Below are positions 41,966-51,459 of a DNA stretch of 64,000 nt, piece after piece. The position numbers and the translations under genes were made by a program. This DNA is from a bacterium (GTDB lineage Bacteria > UBA8248 > JACPRG01 > G963555815): assembly GCA_965261595.1 (NCBI GenBank), contig CBDHDG010000004.1, forward strand, positions 256,001 through 320,000, given 5' to 3'. A model generated the notes under the pieces. That model ran no database searches, was not told the origin of the DNA, and worked only from the letters and a program-made list of their open reading frames with translations. Each line of letters opens with the position of its first letter. Position 1 is the stretch's first letter.

Positions 41966-42822
41966 AGGGCCCTCTCCCGGGCGGCCCGGAGGGCGCGCTC
42001 GCTCAGGACGCCCGACAGGTGTTTTCGGAACTCCGATGAGGCATGAACGTCCCCCGGAGGGCGAACGGCATCGGCCACGATCTTTCCCGCCTCCGCCAAG
42101 CGCTTCGGATCGAGCGGGCCTCCGCGCAGGAATTCCTCCGCCTCGGCCACCCGCAAGGGGCCCGGGCCGACGCCTCCCAGGACGAGCCGCGCGTCGGCAC
42201 ACCGGCCGCCCGGGTCCGGCGCGACGCCCGCCGAGACGCAGACGACGGCGAAGTCTCCATGCCGCCGGCTCATCTCCAGGAACGACCAGCCCCATTCATC
42301 ACCCGGCACGGGGATGGACACCTCGGTCAGGATCTCCCCGGACGCCAGGGCGGTCTCGAAATAATCGGTGAAAAACGCCGCCCCGGGGATCGCGCGCTTG
42401 CCGTCCGGACCTTCGGCGTGCAGCGTCGCGCCCAGGGCGACTGCCGCGACCGGGAGCTCGGCCGCGGGATCGGCGTGGGCGAGACTGCCTCCGACCGTCC
42501 CCCGGTTGCGGATGGCGGGATGGCCGATGAGGGGAACCGCCTCCGCCAGGAGGGGAAAGGTCCGCGCGGCGAGGTGGTCCTCAAGCGCCCGATGCCGGGT
42601 GAGCGCCCCGATGCGCAACGCCCCGTTTCTTTCGATGTAGTCCAGTGAAGTCAATGGGTTGACGTCGACGAGACAGGCGGGTTTCGCCAAACGGAAACTG
42701 AGGAGGGGAACCAAGCTCTGCCCCCCGGCCAGAAGCTTGGCCTCTTCGCCGAACTCACCCAGATGATGAAGGGCCTCCTCGACCGAATCGGCCCGGCGAT
42801 ACTCGAAGGGAGCGGGTTTCAT
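41962..42822 (-). CDS. Molybdenum hydroxylase FAD subunit, set 1
   Basis: MKPAPFEY, AGGQSL, IRNRGTVGGS. Confidence 0.92.
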   Translation of the reverse strand: MKPAPFEYRRADSVEEALHHLGEFGEEAKLLAGGQSLVPLLSFRLAKPACLVDVNPLTSLDYIERNGALRIGALTRHRALEDHLAARTFPLLAEAVPLIGHPAIRNRGTVGGSLAHADPAAELPVAAVALGATLHAEGPDGKRAIPGAAFFTDYFETALASGEILTEVSIPVPGDEWGWSFLEMSRRHGDFAVVCVSAGVAPDPGGRCADARLVLGGVGPGPLRVAEAEEFLRGGPLDPKRLAEAGKIVADAVRPPGDVHASSEFRKHLSGVLSERALRAARERAL

Positions 42823-42823
42823 C

Positions 42824-43813
42824 CTACAACCGGAACAAAAGCATGGGATTCTGCTCGAAGATCATGGCCTCGTCCTCCGCCGGGAGCCGAAGCTTCTCGA
42901 CAGTCGCCACGGGATCAGGATCTTCGATGGGAAATGGGTAGTCCGTCCCCATCAGGACACGCTCGCGGCCCACAAGCTCGATCAGGTGATTGATGTTGGC
43001 CTGATGATACAACAAGGTGTCATAGTAGAACCAGGACAGGTATTGAACCGGCGATTTCTTCAGACCGCCCCCCATGATTTGGGGGTAGCGTTCATAGCCC
43101 CACTGGAGCCGGCCGATCAGGAAGGGCAGACATCCCCCGCCGTGAACAAGAACGATCTTGAGATCCGGATGCCGGTCCGCGACGCCCCCGAACAGCAGAC
43201 TCGCGGCGGCGAGCGTCGTGTCCAGCGGATTGCCGATCAGGTTGTTGAGGAAATAAGACGTCATCCGGTCATGTCCCGCCACGTTGTAGGGATGAATGAC
43301 GACCGGCGCGCCCATCGACTCGGCCTGCTCCCAGAAAGGATCGAACTCGCGATCATCGAGATTCCTCCCGTCCACGTTGGACGCGATGGCCGCCCCTTTC
43401 AGGCCCAGGTGCTCCACGGCATAGGAGATCTCCTTCGCCGCCCGCTTCCCCGACTGAAGGGGAACCGTCGCCAAACCGGCGAGATGGTCTTTCCCCGCGA
43501 TGTCGGCCGCCAGGGTCTCATTCTGAAGCCGGCACCAGGCCGCGGCTTTCACAGCAGGCAGGGAATAGCCGACGACGTCCAGCCACGTATAGACAAGCTG
43601 GAGATCGATCCGGCGGCTCTCCAGAAGCTCTCTTCGTTCTTCCAGCTCCCTCAGCCTCCGCCTGAGCGGCCTCGTCAGCGGGCCGTCCCCGAACCCAAGA
43701 CACGGATTGCCCTCCTTGTCCCATTCGGTCCGGATGCCGAACCGATCGGGATGCTTCTCGATCTCCGAGATTGCGTCCGGAGCAATATAGTGTCCGTGGG
43801 TGTCGATGATCAT
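42824..43813 (-). CDS. Amidohydrolase_2 (ACMSD-like decarboxylase/hydratase)
   Basis: IDTHGH, IHP, HGGG, GTDYPF. Confidence 0.88.
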   Translation of the reverse strand: MIIDTHGHYIAPDAISEIEKHPDRFGIRTEWDKEGNPCLGFGDGPLTRPLRRRLRELEERRELLESRRIDLQLVYTWLDVVGYSLPAVKAAAWCRLQNETLAADIAGKDHLAGLATVPLQSGKRAAKEISYAVEHLGLKGAAIASNVDGRNLDDREFDPFWEQAESMGAPVVIHPYNVAGHDRMTSYFLNNLIGNPLDTTLAAASLLFGGVADRHPDLKIVLVHGGGCLPFLIGRLQWGYERYPQIMGGGLKKSPVQYLSWFYYDTLLYHQANINHLIELVGRERVLMGTDYPFPIEDPDPVATVEKLRLPAEDEAMIFEQNPMLLFRL

Positions 43814-43997
43814 CGATTCAATGTCTCCAGAATAAGATCGCCCGCCGGGTTTCGGACCGTCTCAAGTTTATGATACCCATTTTGGAGGGATTTGACACGC
43901 CTGCGGATTCCCGAGCGAATCCCTCAACGAGGCGGGGTTGCGGGAAGAGTCCCGCCGGGGTTATCACCGTCTCCGTCCAACCGGCATTTGGCAGCGT

Positions 43998-44902
43998 ATG
44001 AGCGAACTCTTCCTGGCCCAGATTTTCGCCCTTCTCACGGCCCTCGGCTTTGCCTCCAGCGACGTCGCCGCCCGGTACGGCCTTCGGACCTCGACGCCCG
44101 TCTCGGCCATTCTCATGATGACCGTCATGACCCTCCTCCTGTACGCCCCCGCGGCGGCGGCCGGGTTCCGGTGGGAAGGGTTGAACCTGAAGGGCGCGCT
44201 GATCTTCTTGATTGCGGGCCTGGCCGCTCCCGGAGCGGCCGCCTTCTTTCACTATATGAGCTTCCGGAAAATCGGCCTTGCCCGGACGGTCAGCGTAGCG
44301 GGCTGCACGCCTCTCGTCACGGTGATCTTCGCCGTCCTGGTCTTGGGCGAGAGACCCAAGCCCCTGATTTACGCGGGCACGGTTCTGATTGTGGCGGGTG
44401 TGATGGGGCTGGCGAATGAGCGCAGGTCGACCGCCCACAAAATGGGGGGGAGGGGCGGAAAATCGGTCTGGCACGATTTCATCTTTGCGGCGGGGGCGCT
44501 CTTCTTGTTCTCAACGGCCACGACGCTTCGAAAGGTGGGGATTCAACTGCTCCCCGACTTGAGCATGGCGCTGACGCTTTCAGGACTCGGGAGTCTCCTC
44601 GCCATCGTCTGTTGGTATCCCTTTCTTCCCCGGCGGGAGCGCTTCCGATTCAACCGCGTCAACTTCTGGCAGTTCGCCGCCAGCGGCGTTTTGGCGGCGC
44701 TGGGTCACCTGACGTTCTTCGCCGCCCTGAAGCGCTTGCCCCGCTCTCCAGCGTGGCGCCCCTCATCTTCACAACGCCGTTTTTCGCCGTGTTGTTCTCA
44801 TGGCTGTTCTTCAGAGAGCTGGAGAAGGTGAACGCGCGCGTGGTCGCGGGCGCCCTGTTGATCTGCGCCGGCGCGGCGCTCGTCACAATCTACCGGGGTT
44901 GA
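43998..44902 (+). pseudogene. EamA/DMT transporter 1, frameshift near 44736
   Basis: Paralog of the genes at 47340 and 48327; C-terminal APLSSVAPL...LFFRELEKVN is in another frame. Confidence 0.8.
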
Positions 44903-45022
44903 CCCGCGTCTCCCGCCGACCCAAACGCCCGGACGAGGCGGGTCGAGTGAAACGGGTGTCTCCCAACGCCCTGTTCGCGACGGGCCATGGATGGGCCGGG
45001 GCGCGAAGCCAAACCGGATCTC

Positions 45023-45355
45023 TCAACTGTTTTTCCGATCGAAGTCCACAATCAGGTCCCGCATGACGGGATGAAGGGCGGTCAGCTCGATCAGCAGAGG
45101 CTTCTGGTCCTTCACCAGGACCTTGCAGGCCAGGGCGTCCCTACCGTTCACCCGGACCCGGCAGGTGCCGCAAAACGTCGCGTGACACGATTGCCTGAAC
45201 CCCAGCCCCGGGTCCATCTCCTCGTAAATGTGGTTGATGATCGACAGGACGTTGTGTCCGCTCTCAAAAGGAACCTCGTACTCATCGAGGCGCCCTTTCC
45301 CCGTCGAGGGATCGAGCTTCCGGATGCGGACGGTGATCGTGTCCTTTCGCTGCAC
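45023..45355 (-). CDS. Stand-alone SdhB/FrdB N-terminal 2Fe-2S domain protein
   Basis: FRQSCHATFCGTCRVRVNGRDALAC...RDLIVD, then stop. Confidence 0.85.
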   Translation of the reverse strand: MQRKDTITVRIRKLDPSTGKGRLDEYEVPFESGHNVLSIINHIYEEMDPGLGFRQSCHATFCGTCRVRVNGRDALACKVLVKDQKPLLIELTALHPVMRDLIVDFDRKNS

Positions 45356-45379
45356 GAATCGGGCCTCCGTTCGACCGGC

Positions 45380-47131
45380 TCATGCCTGGGTCGCGGCGCT
45401 TTCAGGGCGAAGACGGGAAAGGACCGCGTCCCTCGGCGTGAACCTCATTTCGTCGCCTTCCTTGTGAATCAATATGTTTTTCAGCCAATTCACATTGTCG
45501 GTCTCCGGGAAGTCTTCGCGAGCGTGAGACCCCCGGGTCTCTTCACGCAAAAGGGAAGCCCCGGTGATCATCTCTCCCACCACGAGCAGATTATCGAGCG
45601 TCAGGGCCTCGTGAAGGACCCGATCGAACGTCGGTCCCGTGGGGGTGAAGCCGATCGGCGTTTCCCTGACCTCCCGCAAGACCTCTTGGGCCTTCTTCAA
45701 CTGCTCGCCCAAATGCACGACGTTCACGTTCTCTCCGAAGGTCTCCTGAATCCGCTTGCGCAGCTCGACGGGATGGACGCCCCGGTCCCCTTCCCCGCCG
45801 GCCATCAGCTTCCGGACCCGTTCCGCCTCTTCGCCGACGAACGCGGCGTTCGCCTCCGGCGCCTCCCCCTTTTCCCCGTGGCGAAGGGCCGAGCGGCCCG
45901 CCCAGACCCCGGTCACCATCGCCAGGCTCAGGGCGTTTCCCGCGATGCGATTGGCCCCGCTGATGCCCGCAACGGCCTCTCCCGCCGCGAACAATCCGGG
46001 GACCCGAGTGCGGGCTTCGGTGTCGATCACCATGCCCCCCATGTAGTAGTGGGCAGCCGGGGCGATCTCCATGGCCACCTTCCGGGGGTCCAGGCCATAG
46101 GCCAGCAGGTCAACGCCTTCCCAGTTCCACTTCCCCCCGCAGTACTTCTTCACCTGCTCTTCGAGGAAGTTGGGGGCCATGTGGGTGGCGTCGAGCCATA
46201 CGCCGCCATGGGGGCTGCCGCGGCCCTCTCGGATCTCGGTATAGATCGCGCGGCAGATCACGTCCCGCGTCGCCCGCTCGAGCGCGACGGGGTCGTAGTG
46301 GACCATGAACCGCTCTCCCAGGGAGTTGTACATGACGGCCCCCATCCAGTAGCGGGGCGGGGTGCATGGACCGACGTTTCCCACGACCCCGGGAGGATAG
46401 GCCATGGCCGGGAAAAACTGGACGAATTCCATGTCCGAGAGCTCGGCGCCCGCCCGATAGGCCAGGGCATAGCCGTCTCCCGTGGCCTCGTGGGTCCCGG
46501 TGTGCAGGGGGTGGATGAAAGATGCGCCCCCGGCCGCGATGACGGTCGCCTTCGCCCGGATGACCACGAGGCCGCCCGTCTGCATGTCCACGACAAAGGC
46601 CCCCGTGACACCCGAGCCGTCCTTTGCGGTCATCAGGTTGGTGACGAAATGATAGTTCAGAACGCGGGTGTTCGCGCGGCGCCCGACCGCCCTCTTCAGC
46701 ATCTTGGCCAGGTGGAAGCCCGTCCGGTAGTTGATGTGGAGGGAGCGGGGAAACCGGCAGCCCGGCGTCTTGGTGCAGTCGAAATTACCGTCCTTCAGGT
46801 CCCACTTGATCCCGTTCTCGAACAACAGCCGGACCACCTCGGGGGCGTCCCGGGCGTACTGCCATATGAGATCCTGGTTGCCCATGTACCGGCCGGCGAT
46901 GACCGTATCCTCAAAGTGGCGCTCCGGCGTATCCCGCCCGTCCGGATGACCCACGGCGGCGTTGACCGAGTAACCCCCGAGCTGCGTCGCCCCGCTTCCT
47001 CCCTGGAGGCCTTTGGTCACAATCATGATTTCCCGGTCCCCGGCGTCGGCCGCCAAAGGAATACAGGCGCCCGCGCATTCAGAACCAATCACCAGAACAT
47101 CAGTCGCGAGCTCCTTGACCTCCGCGCCCAT
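45380..47131 (-). CDS. SdhA/FrdA/NadB-family flavoprotein, atypical active site
   Basis: SD AAGGAG; VIGSECAG, TGDG, DMEFVQF, TRDV, HYYMGG, AAGE, GANR, ETRGSHAREDFP. Confidence 0.88.
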   Translation of the reverse strand: MGAEVKELATDVLVIGSECAGACIPLAADAGDREIMIVTKGLQGGSGATQLGGYSVNAAVGHPDGRDTPERHFEDTVIAGRYMGNQDLIWQYARDAPEVVRLLFENGIKWDLKDGNFDCTKTPGCRFPRSLHINYRTGFHLAKMLKRAVGRRANTRVLNYHFVTNLMTAKDGSGVTGAFVVDMQTGGLVVIRAKATVIAAGGASFIHPLHTGTHEATGDGYALAYRAGAELSDMEFVQFFPAMAYPPGVVGNVGPCTPPRYWMGAVMYNSLGERFMVHYDPVALERATRDVICRAIYTEIREGRGSPHGGVWLDATHMAPNFLEEQVKKYCGGKWNWEGVDLLAYGLDPRKVAMEIAPAAHYYMGGMVIDTEARTRVPGLFAAGEAVAGISGANRIAGNALSLAMVTGVWAGRSALRHGEKGEAPEANAAFVGEEAERVRKLMAGGEGDRGVHPVELRKRIQETFGENVNVVHLGEQLKKAQEVLREVRETPIGFTPTGPTFDRVLHEALTLDNLLVVGEMITGASLLREETRGSHAREDFPETDNVNWLKNILIHKEGDEMRFTPRDAVLSRLRPESAATQA

Positions 47132-47339
47132 CACTGAACTCCTTATCGTGGGATCGCCTCGAAGGCCATTCGCGCCTTCGAGGGGCATTTTGGAGCAAAA
47201 GCGCTCCCCGCGAAACCCTCTCTTTCCATATGAGACAGAATATCGTTCACATGTTTCTGGTAAGCTTTCTCTTCTTGCTCCGCTCAGGGGGGCGACAAAA
47301 TCGCGGAGATTATCGCTCTTCCCTTGATCACGAGGGGTC

Positions 47340-48242
47340 ATGACGACGCTTCTGGCGGCTCAGATCTTCGCGCTCCTGACGGCTTTCGGGTTGACCACGT
47401 GTGACGCGGTCGCCCGGTACGGCCTGCGCTCATCGACGCCCGTGACCGCCATCGTCACCTTGGCGGGCGTGACGATTCTCCTGTACGCTCCGGCCGCGGC
47501 GGGGGCGTTCATCGCCCGGGAGGTGAACCCGTGGGGTTTCCTCATCCTGGTGTGCGCGGGCGCGGCCGCCCCCGGGCTGGGGGGGGTCTTCTTCTATATG
47601 AGCTTTCAACGGGTAGGAATGGCGCGCACCGCTTCCTTCGCGGGCGCCTCGCCCCTGGTGGCCTTGCTGATCGCCGTGACCCTGATGGGCGAAAGACCGG
47701 ACCCCTGGACATACGTGGGGACGGGCCTGATTGTCGGCGGGGTGATGGTTCTGTCCAGTGAGCATCGGCTCGCCGCGCTCCCTGAAAAGGGGGGGGGGAA
47801 TCAGCCGTTCTGGCGGGCGTACACCCCGGCGGCGGCGGCCATGCTCCTGTTCGCGGTGGCCGCGGCGCTTCGAAAGATGGGCGTCGTCAGGGTTCCCTCG
47901 CTGAGCGTCGCCCTTTGCGCCGCTTCCATCGGCGTCCTCGGGGCGACCCTTTTTCTCCAGCGGTTTCTTCCGGAGGGAAGCCGCATCCGGTTCACCCGCC
48001 AGAGCGTCGGCTGGTTCGCCGCGAGCGGGGCGATTAACAGCCTGGCCCATTTCTCCTTCTTCTCCGCCCTTCAGCGGGCGCCGCTTTCCAGCGTGGTCTC
48101 TCTGGTCTATGTTTCTCCGTTGTTCGCACTGGGCTACTCCTGGCTCCTGTTCAGAAAGGTGGAGCGTTTGAACATCCGCATCTTGGCGGGGGCCCTGCTG
48201 ATTTGCGCGGGAGCGGTCGTCGTCACCCAGACGCGGGGTTGA
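47340..48242 (+). CDS. EamA/DMT transporter 2
   Basis: Ten TMs in two repeats, LMGER motif. Confidence 0.85.
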   Translation: MTTLLAAQIFALLTAFGLTTCDAVARYGLRSSTPVTAIVTLAGVTILLYAPAAAGAFIAREVNPWGFLILVCAGAAAPGLGGVFFYMSFQRVGMARTASFAGASPLVALLIAVTLMGERPDPWTYVGTGLIVGGVMVLSSEHRLAALPEKGGGNQPFWRAYTPAAAAMLLFAVAAALRKMGVVRVPSLSVALCAASIGVLGATLFLQRFLPEGSRIRFTRQSVGWFAASGAINSLAHFSFFSALQRAPLSSVVSLVYVSPLFALGYSWLLFRKVERLNIRILAGALLICAGAVVVTQTRG

Positions 48243-48326
48243 AAATCCCGCCGGCGGCATCCTCATTCACGGCAGGCGATTCAACGTGAGAATCCACGGA
48301 CCGCTCATACCCGGGAATCGGAACGC

Positions 48327-49223
48327 ATGAGTCCACTATTGACCGCTCAGCTCCTGGCCATCCTGACGGCCTTCGGGTACGCCTCGTCGTCCACGGCCGC
48401 CCGTTTCGGCATGCGCACGTCGAACCCCATCACGGCCATCCTGACGTTGGTGTGGATCACCCTGCTCCTGTACAGCCCGGCGGCGATCCACGCCCTGCGG
48501 ACCGCGCCGGTGGACACGCGGGGGATCCTGTGGCTGGCGGCGGCGGGGATGGCGGCCCCGGGGCTGGCCGGGACTTGGCATTATATGGGCATCCGGCAGA
48601 TCGGCCTCTCCCGCTCAACCTCCATTGTGGGCTCCTCACCCCTGTTCGCGGTGATCATCGCCGTCTTGGTTCTGGGCGAAAACGCGAGGCCGCTGATCTA
48701 CGCGGGGACGCTTCTGATCATGGCCGGCATCACGTTGTTGTCGCACGAGCGGAAATCCGCCTCCGACGCGGGGAACAAACGCCGTCCCTTCTGGAGCGGT
48801 TTTCTCTACGCCTCGGGAGCGGCCTTCATGTTCGGCGTGGCGGGCGTGCTCCGCAAGGCGGGCATCACGCTGATCCCGTCTGTGAGCGTGGCCCTGTGCG
48901 CCGCGGCCATCGGGGCGCTCGCCGCCATATTGCTCTGGAACCCGTTCCTTCCCCCAGAGGACCGCATCCGTTACGGACGCAAGAACATCGGCTACTTTCT
49001 CATCAGCGCGACGATCAACAGCCTGGCGCACTTCGCCTATTTCAACGCCCTGAAACGGGCGCCGATTTCCGCCGTGGTGCCCCTGGCCTACACGACGCCG
49101 CTGTTCGCCCTGGTCTTCTCGTGGCTGTTCTTCCGGAAGATGGAGCAACTGAACGCCCGCGTGATCGCCGGGGCCGTCCTGGTTTGCGGCGGCGCGGCCC
49201 TGGTGACCCTGTCGCGGGGATGA
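48327..49223 (+). CDS. EamA/DMT transporter 3
   Basis: Ten TMs; visibly similar to the preceding gene. Confidence 0.85.
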   Translation: MSPLLTAQLLAILTAFGYASSSTAARFGMRTSNPITAILTLVWITLLLYSPAAIHALRTAPVDTRGILWLAAAGMAAPGLAGTWHYMGIRQIGLSRSTSIVGSSPLFAVIIAVLVLGENARPLIYAGTLLIMAGITLLSHERKSASDAGNKRRPFWSGFLYASGAAFMFGVAGVLRKAGITLIPSVSVALCAAAIGALAAILLWNPFLPPEDRIRYGRKNIGYFLISATINSLAHFAYFNALKRAPISAVVPLAYTTPLFALVFSWLFFRKMEQLNARVIAGAVLVCGGAALVTLSRG

Positions 49224-49259
49224 AGGACGCGAGTGCGCCCCGCCCCGCCCCGGATCCGC

Positions 49260-49288
49260 TTGCCGAGACACCGGCCGATTCCTATAAT
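49260..49288 (+). promoter_or_regulatory. sigma70 promoter of hydantoinase operon
   Basis: TTGCCG-N17-TATAAT. Confidence 0.65.
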
Positions 49289-49353
49289 TATCGATTCAGG
49301 GCCGCCATTCGGCCCATCGCCTCTTTTTTTCCGACCTGATTCCGAGGCCGCCA

Positions 49354-51459
49354 TTGAGCAAAGTCGAACCGAACGGATACCGCTACCGCCTGGGCGTGGA
49401 TATCGGCGGGACCTTCACCGACGTGGTCCTCCTCGACACCGAGGCGCAGCGCACGTACGTGGGAAAGGTCCTGACTACGCCGGACTCCCCGGCCGACGCG
49501 GTGATCGAAGGGTTGCGGAAGATCCTGTCCGAGCACAAGGCGCCGCCCGAGGCCATCGACAACCCCATCCACGGCACGACCCTTGTGACCAACGCCATCA
49601 TCGAGCGAAACGGGGCCAAGACGGCCTTAATCACAACGAAGGGCTTTCGCGACGCCGTGGAGATCGGGACCGAGAAGCGCTACGACCTGTTCGACCTCTT
49701 CATGGAGAAACCCGAGCCGCTGGCCCCGCGCGCCCTCCGCTTCGAGGTGACCGAGCGCCTCGATCCGGACGGAAACGTCCTCACGCCCCTGGACGAGGCC
49801 GAGGCCAAGGATGTCATCGGCGGACTCCGGAACATGGGCGTCGAGGCCATCGCGGTCACGCTCCTGCATTCCTTCCTGAATCCCGCCCACGAGCGGCGCA
49901 TTGAAGCGCTCATCCGGGAACAGGACCCGGCGATCCTCACGTCCATCTCATCGGAGGTGTCACCGGAGATCCGGGAGCACCCGCGCACCTCGACGACCCT
50001 GGCCAACGCCTATGTCCGGCCCCTCATACGGACGTACCTGGAGCTCCTCTCCCGCCGCATCCGCGACGAAGGGATCCGGACCGAGCTTTACATCATGCTC
50101 TCCAACGGCGGGATCGCCACGGTGGAGACCGCCGAGTCCTTCCCAATCCGGCTCATCGAATCCGGCCCGGCGGCCGGGGCCATGGCGGCGGCGCACATCG
50201 GCAACCAGCTTGCCCTCAAGGACCTCATCTCCTTCGATATGGGCGGCACGACGGCGAAAACCTGCTTCATCGAGAACGGAAGACCCACGACGGTGACCGA
50301 GTTCGATGTGGCGCGGGTCTATCAGTTCAGAAAGGGCAGCGGTCTTCCCGTCAAGGTCCCGGTCATCGACATGATCGAGATCGGCGCCGGGGGCGGCAGC
50401 ATCGCGCGGGTGGATGATCTGGGGCTGTTGAAGGTGGGTCCCCAGAGCGCCGGCGCGAACCCCGGCCCCGCCTGCTACGGCCAGGGCGGCGACCGCCCCA
50501 CCGTCACCGATGCCGACCTCCTCCTGGGCTACATGAACCCGGATTTTTTCCTCGGCGGCGAGATGAACCTGGATGTGGACGCGGCGCGGTCCGCGATGGA
50601 CCGGCTCGCGCGGACCCTCGGACTCGAAGGCCTTCAGACGGCCTGGGGCGTCCACGAAGTGGTCAACGAGAACATGGCCAACGCCGCGCGGATCCACGGC
50701 ATCGAGAAAGGCAAGGACGTCCAAAAGTACGCCCTGATGGCCTTCGGCGGGGCCGGCCCGATCCACGCGGTCCACGTCGCCGAAAAACTGCGGCTCGGCA
50801 CCCTCATCAGCCCGCCCGGCGCGGGAACGCTCTCGGCGCTCGGGATGCTCACCGCCCCCATTTCGTTCGATTTCGTCCGGACGAAGATCATGAAGCTCGA
50901 TGCCCTGGACCCGGACGAGCTGAACGCGATCTTCGACGAGATGCGGGCCGAGGGCCGGGCCCTGCTCGAGCGCTCGAGCGTCCCGGCCGGCGAGATGAAT
51001 TTCCTCCACTCCGCCGACATGCGGTACGAGGGCCAGGGGTATGAGATCCAGGTCCCCCTGCCGGGCGAAGAGATGTCCGCCGAAGACATGGACCGAATCC
51101 GCGAGAGCTTCGAGGATTCCTACAAAGCCATCTACCAGCGCCTCGGCCCCAAGGTGCCGGTGGAGGCCCTCAACTGGCGGCTGGTGGCGTCGGGCGCAAC
51201 ACCCGACCTGGACCTCCGCCCCGCCAACCGCGCCCGGCGCCCGGCGGCGGACGCGAAGAAAGACCCCCGGCCTGTGTATTTCCCGGCCTGGGAGGAGAAA
51301 CGGGCGTGCGACATCTACGACCGGACCCGCCTCACGCCCGGCGCGGAGATTCCGGGCCCGGCCGTGGTCGAAGAATCGGAATCCACGGTGATCGTCCCAC
51401 CCGCCTGGGACGCGCGGGTGGATGAGTTCTATCATCTCGTGCTGCAGAGGAAACCATGA
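49354..51459 (+). CDS. Hydantoinase/5-oxoprolinase subunit A
   Basis: DIGGTFTD, HGTTLVTNA, SGPAAG, DMGGTT, GAGGGSIA. Confidence 0.92.
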   Translation: MSKVEPNGYRYRLGVDIGGTFTDVVLLDTEAQRTYVGKVLTTPDSPADAVIEGLRKILSEHKAPPEAIDNPIHGTTLVTNAIIERNGAKTALITTKGFRDAVEIGTEKRYDLFDLFMEKPEPLAPRALRFEVTERLDPDGNVLTPLDEAEAKDVIGGLRNMGVEAIAVTLLHSFLNPAHERRIEALIREQDPAILTSISSEVSPEIREHPRTSTTLANAYVRPLIRTYLELLSRRIRDEGIRTELYIMLSNGGIATVETAESFPIRLIESGPAAGAMAAAHIGNQLALKDLISFDMGGTTAKTCFIENGRPTTVTEFDVARVYQFRKGSGLPVKVPVIDMIEIGAGGGSIARVDDLGLLKVGPQSAGANPGPACYGQGGDRPTVTDADLLLGYMNPDFFLGGEMNLDVDAARSAMDRLARTLGLEGLQTAWGVHEVVNENMANAARIHGIEKGKDVQKYALMAFGGAGPIHAVHVAEKLRLGTLISPPGAGTLSALGMLTAPISFDFVRTKIMKLDALDPDELNAIFDEMRAEGRALLERSSVPAGEMNFLHSADMRYEGQGYEIQVPLPGEEMSAEDMDRIRESFEDSYKAIYQRLGPKVPVEALNWRLVASGATPDLDLRPANRARRPAADAKKDPRPVYFPAWEEKRACDIYDRTRLTPGAEIPGPAVVEESESTVIVPPAWDARVDEFYHLVLQRKP

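Noticed and set aside
45023..47131. Canonical sdhAB/frdAB
   Set aside because: Covalent-FAD and QFHPT histidines missing, Fe-S subunit is 2Fe-2S only, no anchor genes
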